This document shows positions 1 to 9,972 of a DNA stretch of 64,000 nt, piece by piece; position 1 is the first letter of the stretch; every line of letters starts with the position of its first letter. The DNA comes from Longimicrobiales bacterium. Its GTDB lineage: Bacteria; Gemmatimonadota; Gemmatimonadetes; Longimicrobiales; Gaopeijiaceae. Location of the stretch: the NCBI GenBank assembly GCA_965203485.1, contig OZ241892.1:3328001-3392000 (forward strand), given 5' to 3'. Position numbers and translations under genes: made by a program. The notes under the pieces are model-generated. The model did no database searches. It had not been told where the DNA came from and worked only from the letters and a program-made list of their open reading frames with translations.

Positions 1-846
1 GACGGCTTCGAGGCGTTCGCGGACGGTGCGGGCGAATGCCGACGCCGCGGCGTCCGGGTCGGTGGAGGGGTCGGCGAGCGAGGCTCGGACGGAAGCGGTC
101 CAGCACTCGAGTTCGTTCTCCAGCTGGGCGAAGTGCGAACGGGCGTCTTCGTAGGCGCCGAAGTGCGTGGGCACGATGCGTTCCGGGCTCCAGTCGAGGA
201 CGCGGCGCATGCTGGCGGTCCAGAGCGCGGGATCGATGTCCGGGGGCGGCGTGACGGGCATCGCGGGGCCGCCGCCGATGCGAATGCCGCCCACGTCGCC
301 CAGCCAAGCGGTCTTGGCCGCTTCCTCGTAGTACGCCACGTGGTGCTTGGCGTGGCCGGGCACGTAGGCGACCTGGAGGCGTCGTTCGCCGAGCACGATC
401 TCGTCTCCCTCGCCGGCTTCGCGGATCGCGGCCGCGGGCACGGGCACGAATTCGCCCCAGAGAGTCGCCATGGCGTCGCCGTACAGACGCTCGGCCGAGG
501 CCAGCAGGCGCGCCGGATCGATCATGTGGCGGGCGCCCGCCGGGTGAACGTGCACGAGGGCGTCGGGAACGGCCCGGACGACAGCGCCCGCCGCCGTGGC
601 ATGATCCAGATGGATGTGCGTGAGCAGCACCGCCCGCACGTCGTCCAAGGAGCGCCCCAGGGCCGCCAAGCCGTCCCGCAAGGCGTCCAAGCACGCTTCG
701 GGCCCCGGGTCCACCAGCGCGATTCCGGCCTCGGTCTCCAGAACGCCCGTTCCGATCACGCCCGGCGACCCTTGGTGCAGCAGGTCCACGACCGACGTGC
801 CGGGGGCGACGCGCAACGGAGCGCTCGCTACCCGGCCTTCCGTCAA
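1..846 (-). CDS. MBL-fold metallo-hydrolase (runs off the left edge)
   Basis: Manual minus-strand translation from TTG at 846 gives ...GIALVDPGP...VLLTHIHLDHATAAG (HxHxDH motif). Absent from the ORF track because its stop lies outside the window. Confidence 0.85.
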   Translation of the reverse strand, partial: MTEGRVASAPLRVAPGTSVVDLLHQGSPGVIGTGVLETEAGIALVDPGPEACLDALRDGLAALGRSLDDVRAVLLTHIHLDHATAAGAVVRAVPDALVHVHPAGARHMIDPARLLASAERLYGDAMATLWGEFVPVPAAAIREAGEGDEIVLGERRLQVAYVPGHAKHHVAYYEEAAKTAWLGDVGGIRIGGGPAMPVTPPPDIDPALWTASMRRVLDWSPERIVPTHFGAYEDARSHFAQLENELECWTASVRASLADPSTDPDAAASAFARTVRERLEAV

Positions 847-997
847 GGCAGGCCCTCGCAACCTTGCGCGGCCAGGCGCCCGAGGAACGTGGCGTCGTCG
901 CACCGCCGACCGCTTTCCGTCAACAAAGCTCCTCCTCGCCTCCTCGCACGTGCTCGTCCGCCCCCCGCGGCCCTCCGCATGTCCCCAACGCTTCCCG

Positions 998-2578
998 TCA
1001 ACGCTCGTCCTCGCCGCCCCGCACGGCCTGCCCCGGATACGGGCCCACGACGTGCCGCCCAAGCCTGATCACGGGCACCCCTCCCACTACCACGAACCAC
1101 ATCCCCCGCGACGGAATGTTGGGCACTGCGTACGTGGCCCGGTCGCCCACGACCCTCGGATTGAAGATCGCCAAGTCCGCGTCGGCTCCCACCTGGACTC
1201 GGCCCTTGCGCGCCATCGCCGGCGCCGCGCCCCGCACGCGCTCGGCGGGAAGCAACGTCATCTTGGCCAGCGCGTCCATGAGCGAAAGGGTGCCGCGTTC
1301 GCGAACGTAGCGTCCCAGAATGCGGGTGAAGGTGCCCGCGCCGCGCGGATGCACCGCCGCGTGGAGGAAGGGAATGCCGTCGCTGGCGGCGATCACGTCG
1401 GGCTGGGCGACGATCCATTCGTTCGTCTCCTCGCTGCGCCCGTGGATCACGACCCAGCCGCCCTGCTCCCGGTACTCGCGGAAGGAGCGCGCGTCCAGCC
1501 GTTCCTCGCGGCCCGGCCGCTGCAAGCGAGCGTAAGCGGAATCGGCCCGTCCCTCCCACGAATCGAACAGCGCCGACTCGATGAAGGTGGCCGACGCGGT
1601 GTAGGGATAGGCTTCCGTGGTCACGTCCAGTCCCCGGCCCCTGGCGCCGCGGATCATCTCCAGCGCCTGCTCCGCCTGCTCGCCCGCGCTCGAGTTCAGG
1701 TGCACCACGTGGGCCGCCGCGCCCGTGCCCGCCGCGTTGGCGATCACCTCCTGGAACGGCTCCAGCGCCCCGCCTTCCCCAGCGGCGCGCAAGTGGACGT
1801 AGGCCGGCACGTTTCGCCGCGCCGCCGACTCGAACAAGCGAAGGACTTCCGTCCGCGAGGCGCCCGGCGTGTAGGTGATGCCGAAGCCGTAGCCCAGGCC
1901 GCCCTCGTCCAAGCCCGCCTCCATGAGCGCGGCCAGTTCGGCGATGCGCCCGTCGTCCAAGGTCTCGTAGACGATGTCGGAGCCCATCGAGGCATTGCCT
2001 TGTCCCGGCGGTTGCGTGGGTTGATGGCCCACGTCCACCCCGGTGATCAGCTTCGCGCGGGCCCCCGGATGACTGACTGTCGCGCCGTAGTTGATGAGCG
2101 CCCGGCCCTCGCGCGACTCGTACCAGGGGGCGACCGGGTAGACGCCCACTTCCATCTCCAGGGCCGTGGTGACGCCGTCCATCGCCTGAAGCTTCGCGCT
2201 TGCCGAGTCCTGTCCATGGGCGTGGAGGTCGATGAATCCGGGCGCGACGATCAAGCCCTCCGCATCGAGCGTGTCGCGGCCCGTGAGCGGATCCTCGGTC
2301 AGGGCGGCGATGAGGCCGTCGCGGACGCCGACGTTGCGGGGCGCGTCCAGTCCCGTCTCCGGATCCATGACGCGGCCGCCGAGCACGACCAGGTCGTGGG
2401 GGTTCGAGCAGCCGGCCAGCGTCGAGCCGGCCAGCAACGCGAAGAACGCGCGGCGAAAGAGAGCGGCCGCCGCGCGGAGAAGGAAACCGGCATGCGGAGA
2501 GGGCCGTCGGCGCGCGGTTCGGAAGGAGTCGGCCGAGCGCGCGGCGGCTTCGCGGTCACGGTCGCATTGGAGCGTCAT
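998..2578 (-). CDS. Amidohydrolase, N-acyl-D-amino-acid deacylase-like, probable lipoprotein
   Basis: C-terminal part of ORF 998..3901: APGFIDLHAH, IAASDG, HPRGAGTF, KGRVQVGADADL; LAGC lipobox. Start uncertain. Confidence 0.85.
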   Translation of the reverse strand: MTLQCDRDREAAARSADSFRTARRRPSPHAGFLLRAAAALFRRAFFALLAGSTLAGCSNPHDLVVLGGRVMDPETGLDAPRNVGVRDGLIAALTEDPLTGRDTLDAEGLIVAPGFIDLHAHGQDSASAKLQAMDGVTTALEMEVGVYPVAPWYESREGRALINYGATVSHPGARAKLITGVDVGHQPTQPPGQGNASMGSDIVYETLDDGRIAELAALMEAGLDEGGLGYGFGITYTPGASRTEVLRLFESAARRNVPAYVHLRAAGEGGALEPFQEVIANAAGTGAAAHVVHLNSSAGEQAEQALEMIRGARGRGLDVTTEAYPYTASATFIESALFDSWEGRADSAYARLQRPGREERLDARSFREYREQGGWVVIHGRSEETNEWIVAQPDVIAASDGIPFLHAAVHPRGAGTFTRILGRYVRERGTLSLMDALAKMTLLPAERVRGAAPAMARKGRVQVGADADLAIFNPRVVGDRATYAVPNIPSRGMWFVVVGGVPVIRLGRHVVGPYPGQAVRGGEDER

Positions 2579-2761
2579 GACGGTTAATGTCGGCGGATTC
2601 GGAGGCGACAGCAACAACACTCGGGGCAGGTAGCCTGCGACGGGCCCTGGGCGTGGTTGCTGCGCCGGTCCGGCGCCCAGCCGGAGGCCCACTCGCAGGG
2701 CGAGCGTCGCCGGTGGCCGCGCGGACAACGTAAAGCTCTTGCGAAGAACCGGGGCCAGCCC

Positions 2762-3382
2762 ATGAGCGATTCGGACAACCAGTGGTGGGCCGAGGGCCTG
2801 CTCTTCGAGAATTGCAACTGCACGGCGGTGTGCCCCGGACATGTTCATTTCAGCCAACGCTGCACGCACGAGGCGTGTCACGGCTTCTGGGCCGTCCGGT
2901 TCGAGAAGGGCCTGCACGAGGGAACCGACCTTTCGGGCGCCGACGCCGTCGTGATCTTCGAGTCTCCCCAAGTGATGATCCAGGGGGGCTGGAAGCAGCG
3001 GATCGTCGTGTCCGACCGGGCGGCGAAGGCGCAGGTCCAAGCCGTCGACGCCATCCTGAAGGGGGAGAGCGGCGGGCCGTGGTCCGTCCTCTCCGGCTTC
3101 GTGGGCCAGCGGCTCTCGACGCGGACGGCTCCCGTGCGGATCGCGGACGGCCCGACCAGGAAGTCCGTGACGGTCGCGGGCGTCCTGGAAGGCGTGGTCG
3201 AGGCCATAAAGGGAAGGGACCGCGCCCGGCCGGTCGTCTTCGAGAACATCTACAACCAAATCCACGACTCGCGGCAGGTGATCGCGCGCGGCTCCACGCG
3301 GTGCGACGACGACGGCGGCATCGTGATTCGGACCGAGGGCACGCACGGGCTCTGGTCGCGGTTCCGGTGGGCGGGACCTTGA
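2762..3382 (+). CDS. DUF1326 family protein
   Basis: N-terminal ENCNCTAVCPG...C...C pattern; sits next to a DUF2182-like gene, its usual partner. Confidence 0.8.
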   Translation: MSDSDNQWWAEGLLFENCNCTAVCPGHVHFSQRCTHEACHGFWAVRFEKGLHEGTDLSGADAVVIFESPQVMIQGGWKQRIVVSDRAAKAQVQAVDAILKGESGGPWSVLSGFVGQRLSTRTAPVRIADGPTRKSVTVAGVLEGVVEAIKGRDRARPVVFENIYNQIHDSRQVIARGSTRCDDDGGIVIRTEGTHGLWSRFRWAGP

Positions 3383-3472
3383 CCGGCGGTCGATGAGCGC
3401 CTGGACACGCTCGCGCATGTCGCTCCGGTCGCCGTCGGTCCGTGCCGGAGGGTCCGCGCCGGAGTTGCTCCG

Positions 3473-4114
3473 GTGGATGGAGCCTTGACCGGTTCGTCGA
3501 GCTATTTCTCCGCCCTCGGAATGTGGACGGCGATGACGGCCGCCATGATGACGCCGGTGGTGGTTCCGTGGGTCGGGGCGGTCGGCCGCGCGGAAGCTCG
3601 GCGAAGCGGCCGGGGCCCCGTTGTGGCGGTGGCGCCTTTTGCCTTGGGGTACGCCGTGGCATGGGCGGGATTCGCGGCGCTTGCCGGCGGTGGACAGCAC
3701 CTCCTGGCCGAGTCGGGGTTGCGCGTGCCCTTCGCCCGCGAGGCGCCGGCGCTGGCGGCGGGGGTCGTGGTTCTCGCCGGCGCGTTTCAGTTCACGGCAT
3801 TGAAGCGGGCATGCTTGGCGCACTGCCGCTCGCCGGCGGGCTATCTGCTGACGCGGTGGCGCCCGGGCAGGCTCGGTCTGGCGCGGCTCGGCGTCTCCCA
3901 CGGACTCTACTGCATAGGCTGTTGCTGGGCCCTCATGGCTCTTGCGTTCGTCGTCGGGATGGCTAACGTCTTGTGGATGGGGCTGATGGCGCTTCTGATG
4001 TTCGCGGAGACCGCGTTGCCCGGCGGCGGCCGGTTGACCAAGCCGGCGGGCGCCTTGTTGGTTCTCGTGGGCGCGGCCATGGCGATCTGGGCCGTTTGGG
4101 CGCCCAGCGCATGA
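3473..4114 (+). CDS. DUF2182 family metal-binding membrane protein
   Basis: MWTAMTAAMMTP, FQFTALKRACLAHCRSP, GLYCIGCCWALM motifs and hydrophobic helices; N-terminus may be short. Confidence 0.85.
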   Translation: MDGALTGSSSYFSALGMWTAMTAAMMTPVVVPWVGAVGRAEARRSGRGPVVAVAPFALGYAVAWAGFAALAGGGQHLLAESGLRVPFAREAPALAAGVVVLAGAFQFTALKRACLAHCRSPAGYLLTRWRPGRLGLARLGVSHGLYCIGCCWALMALAFVVGMANVLWMGLMALLMFAETALPGGGRLTKPAGALLVLVGAAMAIWAVWAPSA

Positions 4115-4842
4115 AGGTCGCGCTGCTCGTCACCTGTCTCGCGGACCACTACTTCGCGAATGCCGCCGCAGACGCGGTTCGCCTCTTGCGCCACTTGGGA
4201 TGCGAAGTCGTCTTCCCCGAGGACCAGACCTGTTGCGGCCAGCCGGCCCATACCGCCGGCCGGGCCGCGGACGCGGCGCGCATGACGGAGCACACGACCC
4301 GCGTGTTCGCCGAAGCGGCGCCTTTGGACGCGGTGGTGGCGCCCAGCGGCTCGTGCGCCGCAATGGTCCGAAGGGTCTATCCGAGCCTCGTCGTGGCCCA
4401 GCCCGCGTCCACGGCCGCGTTGGCCGCCAAGACCTGCGAGCTGGCGGAGTTCCTGGTCCGCCGCTTGAGAGTGGAGCGCTTGGGGACGGGGCTCGGCGGA
4501 CGGCGCGTCGCTCTGCACCACGGATGCCACGGCCTGCGCGAACTGGGACTCGAGTCCGAAGCCCGCGTCCTGCTCGAAGGGGCGGGCGCGGAAGTCGTTT
4601 CGTGGGCGGCGGACCGGGAATGCTGCGGGTTCGGAGGACTGTTCTCGGCCAAGTTCCCCGAGGTTTCCGTGGCCATGGCGGACCGCAAGCTCGACGACCT
4701 GCCCGAAGCCGACTGGCTCGTTTCGGGCGACCCCGGATGTCTGCTGCAACTCGAAGGAAGAAGCCGCGCGCGCGGCCTGGACGCGAAATGCGTGCATCTG
4801 GCGACGGCGCTGTGGAAGGGAGTCGCCCGTGGGGATCGGTGA
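4111..4842 (+). CDS. lutA: Lactate utilisation Fe-S protein LutA/LldE/YkgE (CCG domains)
   Basis: MKVALLVTCLAD, QTCCGQPA, PSGSC, ECCGFGGLFS. Confidence 0.88.
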   Translation: MKVALLVTCLADHYFANAAADAVRLLRHLGCEVVFPEDQTCCGQPAHTAGRAADAARMTEHTTRVFAEAAPLDAVVAPSGSCAAMVRRVYPSLVVAQPASTAALAAKTCELAEFLVRRLRVERLGTGLGGRRVALHHGCHGLRELGLESEARVLLEGAGAEVVSWAADRECCGFGGLFSAKFPEVSVAMADRKLDDLPEADWLVSGDPGCLLQLEGRSRARGLDAKCVHLATALWKGVARGDR

Positions 4843-6256
4843 CGCCGTGCGCGGCGACGCTTCGGCACGGCGCTCCGGCAGTCGGTATCGCGTCCTCTCG
4901 AGGCGGATCATCGGCGGCGCTCCCGAAGTTCGCGAAGCGGTGACGGAGGCCACGCTCTCCTTCGACCGAAAGCGCGAGCAGGCGTACGCGGAGGTGGAAG
5001 CGGACGCGTGGCGCTCGTGGGCGCAGGACGTCAAGAATCACGTCCTCGGCCGGCTGGACCACTACTTGGCCGAGGCAGAGACGCGGCTGACGGACCACGG
5101 CGCCTGCGTGCACTGGGCCGCCGGCGCGCGCGAGGCGCAGGAGATCGTGATCCGCTTGGCGGCGAAAGCGCGGGCCAAGACCGTCGTCAAGGGCAAGAGC
5201 ATGCTCTCCGAGGAAATCGGCTTGAACACGGCGCTGGAGCAGGCCGGCATAGCCGTCTTCGAGACTGACCTCGGCGAGTACGTCCTCCAGCTGCTGGGAG
5301 AGTCGCCGAGCCATATTGTCGGGCCCGCGATTCACAAGAATCTGGAGCAAGTCCAGCGTCTATTCGCCGAGCGCCTGGGCACCCCGCCGTCCAGCCGTCC
5401 CGGCGAACTCGCCCAGGCTGCCCGTCGCGTGCTCCGCGAAGCCTTCGCAAGCGCCGACATGGGAATCACCGGCGCCAACTTCGTAGTGGCGGAAACGGGG
5501 ACCGTCGCCCTCGTCGAGAACGAAGGGAACATCCGCCTGGCCACATCCCTTCCCAAGGTGCACGTCGTCCTCGCGGGCATCGAGAAGCTGTTGCCTCGCA
5601 TGAGCGATCTGGCCGGCTTCCTTCAACTCACCGCCCGCGCCGCGACCGGCCAGCCGCTGGGAAGCTTCGTCACCCTTGTACAAGGTCCGGCCGCGCAGCC
5701 CGGCGACGACGGCCCCCAGGAAGTCCACGTCGTCTTCCTGGACAACGGACGCACGTCCGTGCTCGAGCACGAGCACGCCTGGGAAGTCCTGCGTTGCGTC
5801 CGTTGCGGCGCCTGCCTGAACGCTTGTCCCGTGTACCGCCAGACCGGCGGCCACGCCTACGGCTCGGTCTATTCGGGGCCGGTGGGCGCCGTCCTCAACC
5901 CCGCCCTCGACGGCCTGCGCCAAGCCATGCCGTTGCCGTTCGCGTCGTCGCTGTGCGGCGCGTGCGGCGACGCTTGCCCCGTCCGCATTCCCATTCCCGA
6001 GCTTCTGGTGCGCTGGCGCCAAGAAGCGGCGGAGGCCGGCTTGGCGCCGAGGACGGAGCAGGCGGCGCTGTCGGCGTTCACGAAGGCCGCCGCCCACCCG
6101 GCCGTCTTTCGCTTGGCCGGCAGGGCGGGAACCCGGCTCGGCGCGACCAAGGTTGCGCGGACATTGCCGACGATTGGCGCATGGGGCCGCGAACGAGCAT
6201 TGCCTCGCCCCAGCGGTCGCACTTTCCGAGACCTCTGGCGGGAGGGCGTCGAATGA
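4829..6256 (+). CDS. lutB: Lactate utilisation protein LutB/LldF (LUD domain + 4Fe-4S)
   Basis: KGKSMLSEE, ETDLGEY, ENEGN, CVRCGACLNACP, SSLCGACGDACP. Confidence 0.92.
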   Translation: MGIGDAVRGDASARRSGSRYRVLSRRIIGGAPEVREAVTEATLSFDRKREQAYAEVEADAWRSWAQDVKNHVLGRLDHYLAEAETRLTDHGACVHWAAGAREAQEIVIRLAAKARAKTVVKGKSMLSEEIGLNTALEQAGIAVFETDLGEYVLQLLGESPSHIVGPAIHKNLEQVQRLFAERLGTPPSSRPGELAQAARRVLREAFASADMGITGANFVVAETGTVALVENEGNIRLATSLPKVHVVLAGIEKLLPRMSDLAGFLQLTARAATGQPLGSFVTLVQGPAAQPGDDGPQEVHVVFLDNGRTSVLEHEHAWEVLRCVRCGACLNACPVYRQTGGHAYGSVYSGPVGAVLNPALDGLRQAMPLPFASSLCGACGDACPVRIPIPELLVRWRQEAAEAGLAPRTEQAALSAFTKAAAHPAVFRLAGRAGTRLGATKVARTLPTIGAWGRERALPRPSGRTFRDLWREGVE

Positions 6257-6909
6257 AGGCCCGCGTTCGGGACTCGGCGGCGGCGCCGGACCGGGTCCGC
6301 ATCCTGACCCGAATCGCGCGGGCGAACGCCGGACGGAACGCCCTTCCTCATCCGGGCCGCCTGGAGACGCCGGCGCCGCCCGATCCGGCCGCCGCGTTTG
6401 CGGCCAAGTTTGCGGCGAGCGGAGGCGAAGTCGTCGTGTTGGACGAGGCGGCGGGGGACTCGGCCGGCAGGGAGCGCTCTCCGGGGGAATGGCTCGGCGA
6501 CTTCGTTGCCGGGCTGGGATTGGAGACGCCGGGCGTTGCGGTCGGGGCCCGCGTGCCGGTCGACTTGCGCCCGCCCGTCGCCTTCGCACCGCCGGAGACC
6601 GCAGGCGTGGGCGTGTGCCTCGCCTGGGCCGCCGTAGCAGAGACGGGTAGCTTGGTTCTGGAGTCCACCGGCGGACGGGCGGCGCAGCTGTTGCCGCCCG
6701 TCCTTGTCGTTTGGGTGCAACGGATATTCGGCCGGCTGGCCGACGCGCTGGCCGAAATGGCGCCTTCGTTGCCTGCCGCGATGGGACTGCACTCCGGCCC
6801 CAGCAAGTCGGCGGACATCGGCGGAACGGTAGTGACCGGCGTCCACGGTCCCGGACGGTGCATTGCCGTGTTGGACTGGCCGAGCGCGCCGAGTCGGCGA
6901 CGGCTATGA
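6253..6909 (+). CDS. lutC: Lactate utilisation protein LutC/LldG (LUD domain)
   Basis: AETGSLV, SGPSKSADI...GVHGP; ATGA overlap with lutB. Confidence 0.85.
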   Translation: MKARVRDSAAAPDRVRILTRIARANAGRNALPHPGRLETPAPPDPAAAFAAKFAASGGEVVVLDEAAGDSAGRERSPGEWLGDFVAGLGLETPGVAVGARVPVDLRPPVAFAPPETAGVGVCLAWAAVAETGSLVLESTGGRAAQLLPPVLVVWVQRIFGRLADALAEMAPSLPAAMGLHSGPSKSADIGGTVVTGVHGPGRCIAVLDWPSAPSRRRL

Positions 6910-6955
6910 GATCCGCCCCCGCCCCCCCGCCCCGAAGAGTCGCCTGCACGCTCTG

Positions 6956-7249
6956 ATGAGGGTCGTCCGTTGGACGCGGTGTCTCGTCGCAGGCTTGATC
7001 GTCTGGGCCGTGGCCAGGGACATCGCGGCGATCGACCAGACCGACTGGATTCTCCGCCAAGGCGACGCGCCGGACGCCGTCCACTGGGATCACGACCTCC
7101 ATTGGAGCACGCGTGGCCATCAACGGGCGGCCCGAAGCCCTCTCTTGCGTTGTTGGAGGAGCGTCCGGAGATCCGCCACGGACGACGGCCGCGCGATTCG
7201 GAGCGTCGAGATCGTCGTTGCCGTCGGGCGCCGCTTGACGGGGACATGA
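6956..7249 (+). pseudogene. Possible remnant of an SGNH/GDSL-type hydrolase C-terminus
   Basis: HDLHWSTRGHQRAA resembles the DxH...GH block V; too short for a complete enzyme. Confidence 0.35.
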
Positions 7250-8079
7250 CCCTCGCCGTCGCCTTTCTCGGCCCCGAGGGCACTTACAGCGAGGAGGCGG
7301 CCCTTGCCCACGATCCCCGGGCTCGCCGTGTGCCTTGCGCCAGCATTGCGGCGGCCATCCGGGCGGCGGACCGCGGGGAAGCGGACGAGGTCGTCGTGCC
7401 CGTCGAGAACAGCCTCGAGGGCGCCGTTACGTCCACGACGGACCTCCTGATCCACGAGACGGCGCTGAAGATCAAGCGCGAGATCGTCGTCCCAATCCGC
7501 CATTGCCTCGTCGTGCCGCCGGGAGCGAAAGGAGCTCGGTTGGCCGGCGTCGCCGTCGTGTTCTCCCATCCTCAGGGGGCGGCGCAGTGCAGGGGCTACC
7601 TCGAGCGGCGCCTTCCCAAGGCGGCCTTTTCGGCGTCGCTCAGCACCGCCGCGGCCGTCAAGGACATGCTTCGGAGCGACCGGCCCGCCGCGGCCGTGTC
7701 CAGCCGCCGCGCGGCGGAGCTCTTCGGCGCGGTCGTCGCCGCGCACGGCATCGAGGACGCCGCGCACAACCAGACTCGGTTCGTGGTCCTGGGCGCCGCC
7801 GACGCCGCTCCCACGGGCCGGGACAAGACGTCCATCTGCTTCGACTTCAGCCACGACGGGCCCGGGATTCTCCACAACGCCTTGGGCGAGCTCGCCTCGC
7901 GCGGCATCAACATGCTCAAGATCGAGTCCAGGCCCGACAAGCGGAGCCCGGGCCGGTACTTCTTCCTTCTGGACGTGGAGGGCCACCGAACCGACCCCGC
8001 CGTGGAAGAGGCCCTGGCGTGCATTGCGAAGCCCGCCGCGTCGTTCAAGGTGCTGGGGTCCTACCCGAGGGCGGATTGA
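7246..8079 (+). CDS. pheA: Prephenate dehydratase with ACT domain
   Basis: AFLGPEGTYSEEAA, PVENSLEG, SHPQ, NQTRF, KIESRP, LGSYP. Confidence 0.95.
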   Translation: MTLAVAFLGPEGTYSEEAALAHDPRARRVPCASIAAAIRAADRGEADEVVVPVENSLEGAVTSTTDLLIHETALKIKREIVVPIRHCLVVPPGAKGARLAGVAVVFSHPQGAAQCRGYLERRLPKAAFSASLSTAAAVKDMLRSDRPAAAVSSRRAAELFGAVVAAHGIEDAAHNQTRFVVLGAADAAPTGRDKTSICFDFSHDGPGILHNALGELASRGINMLKIESRPDKRSPGRYFFLLDVEGHRTDPAVEEALACIAKPAASFKVLGSYPRAD

Positions 8080-8261
8080 GCCGCACCGCCCGCCCGCCGA
8101 ACCAGCGGCCGGTCCGTGGTCGCGCGCCGTCTTCGTGCGACATCCTGCCCGAAGGGGTATGTTCGACCCGGCTTCCGAAGCGCAACCCATGCGTCGGCGC
8201 CCGTCGCGTCCGGCGGCCCGCGCTTCCGTCACTTCGTTTCCGAAGAGGAGACCCATTCAGC

Positions 8262-8864
8262 ATGAGGACATCACGCATTGCAGCAGCCGGCGCTCTCGCC
8301 TTGCTGGCCTGCCAACCGGGCGGCGAAGCCGGATACGCCAGCGGCGGAGACGCCGAGACCGAGCCGTCTTCCGCGCCTTCCGTCTACACGGACATTGAGG
8401 CCGACTTGGCAACCGTCGAAGAAAAGCTGGTCGGCCTGGCCGAGGCCATGAACGAAGAGCAGTACGGATGGCGGCCCATGGAGGGCGTGCGGTCGGCCCG
8501 CGAGCTGTTCATGCACGTGACCGCGGACAACTACTTGTTGCCGGTGCTGGCGGGCGTTCCAGCGCCGGAACGCACCAAGATCACGGACGACTACCAGACG
8601 GCCCTCGACTTCGAGGCAAGCGTCACCGAGCGGCAAGCGGTCATCGACGAGATGAAGGCGTCGTTCGCCCACTTGCGCGAGGCGCTGGCGGCCGCCGATC
8701 CGGCCATGGCGGGCGACGAGCTCACCTTCTTCGGCCGCACGTCCACTGTCCAGGGGCTGTGGCTCCTCACCACCTTCCACCTCCACGAGCATCTCGGCAA
8801 TGCGATCACCTACGCCCGCGCCAACCAAGTCGTTCCGCCGTGGAGCCAAGGCCAGGGCGGATAG
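8262..8864 (+). CDS. DinB family protein, probable lipoprotein
   Basis: LLAC lipobox; YGWRPMEGVRSARELFMH and HLHEHLGNAITYARANQVVPPW. Confidence 0.85.
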   Translation: MRTSRIAAAGALALLACQPGGEAGYASGGDAETEPSSAPSVYTDIEADLATVEEKLVGLAEAMNEEQYGWRPMEGVRSARELFMHVTADNYLLPVLAGVPAPERTKITDDYQTALDFEASVTERQAVIDEMKASFAHLREALAAADPAMAGDELTFFGRTSTVQGLWLLTTFHLHEHLGNAITYARANQVVPPWSQGQGG

Positions 8865-8907
8865 CCCGGGCCCGCGGGCCCGGGCGGTCGTGGACGAGCG
8901 AGGCTCG

Positions 8908-9966
8908 ATGGACAAACGAGACTTCCTGAAGACTGCGGGCGCCGCCGGGCTGGGCGCGACGGTCCTGGGCCCGGCCGCGTGCGCGTCCAACGTCTCCACG
9001 CGCTCCGCGCCGCCCATCCGCTGGCGGCTCCAGACTTACGCCGGCGCTCCGCTGGCCGAGCACGTGGTCAAGCCCGCCGTCGACGCGTTCAACCGCGTTG
9101 CCGGCGGCGAGATGACGATCGAGCTCTTCACGGCGGACGAGCTGGCGCCCACCGCCGAACTCTTCGCCGCCCTGCAGGAGGGCGTGCTGGACGCCGTCCA
9201 GAGCGACGACGACTCGATGGCGTCGCCAGCCGACGTCGCCGTGTTCGGGGGCTACTTCCCCTTCGCGACGCGCTACAGCCTGGACGTGCCCGTCCTGTTC
9301 CATCAATACGGCCTGGCGGAGATATGGGAGGAAGCCTACGCCGAGATCGACGGCGTCACGTGGCTCAGCGCGGGGTCGTGGGATCCCTGTCACTTCGCCA
9401 CCGTCCGGCCCGTCCGCGGCCTGGCCGACCTGCAGGGCCTGCGCGTGTTCACCATGCCGACCGCGGGCGAGTTCCTGACGCGCTTCGGCGTGGTTCCCGT
9501 CACCGTCCCCTGGGACGACGCCGCGGACGCCGTGCGCCGGGGGGACTTGGACGGCATCGCCTGGTCCGGCATCACCGAAGACTACACGGCGGGCTGGGCC
9601 GACGTGACCAACTACTTCCTGACCAACAGCCTCTCGGGCGCGTGGTGCGGCTCCTTCTTCGCCAACACGGATTCGTGGAACGCCGTGCCGCCCCACCTCC
9701 AGGAACTGTTCCGTCTGTGCATGGACAGTTCCCACTACTACCGGCTCCATTGGTACTGGGGGGGCGAGGCCCGGCTCCGCACCGAGGGAACCAAGCTGAC
9801 GCTCACTTCCGTGCCGGACGAAGAGTGGCGGCAGGTCGAGGAAGAAGCGCTCCGCTTTTGGGACGAGACCGCGACGACCAGTCCGCGGGCGGCGCGGGTA
9901 GTGGAGGCGCTGAAGGCGTACCGGGCCACGATGGAGCGAGCGGGAAGGCCGTATCGGCATGGGTGA
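8908..9966 (+). CDS. dctP: TRAP transporter substrate-binding protein (DctP family)
   Basis: Tat-like leader MDKRDFLK; IRWRLQTYAG, LADLQGLRV; no dctQM beside it. Confidence 0.85.
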   Translation: MDKRDFLKTAGAAGLGATVLGPAACASNVSTRSAPPIRWRLQTYAGAPLAEHVVKPAVDAFNRVAGGEMTIELFTADELAPTAELFAALQEGVLDAVQSDDDSMASPADVAVFGGYFPFATRYSLDVPVLFHQYGLAEIWEEAYAEIDGVTWLSAGSWDPCHFATVRPVRGLADLQGLRVFTMPTAGEFLTRFGVVPVTVPWDDAADAVRRGDLDGIAWSGITEDYTAGWADVTNYFLTNSLSGAWCGSFFANTDSWNAVPPHLQELFRLCMDSSHYYRLHWYWGGEARLRTEGTKLTLTSVPDEEWRQVEEEALRFWDETATTSPRAARVVEALKAYRATMERAGRPYRHG

Positions 9967-9972
9967 GGGACC

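Noticed and set aside
998..3901. 967-aa ORF as one protein, and similar long antisense ORFs (11730-15134, 35152-37524, 45634-47949, 56646-58703)
   Set aside because: Shadow frames of high-GC genes; recognisable motifs lie on the opposite strand or in only part of the ORF.
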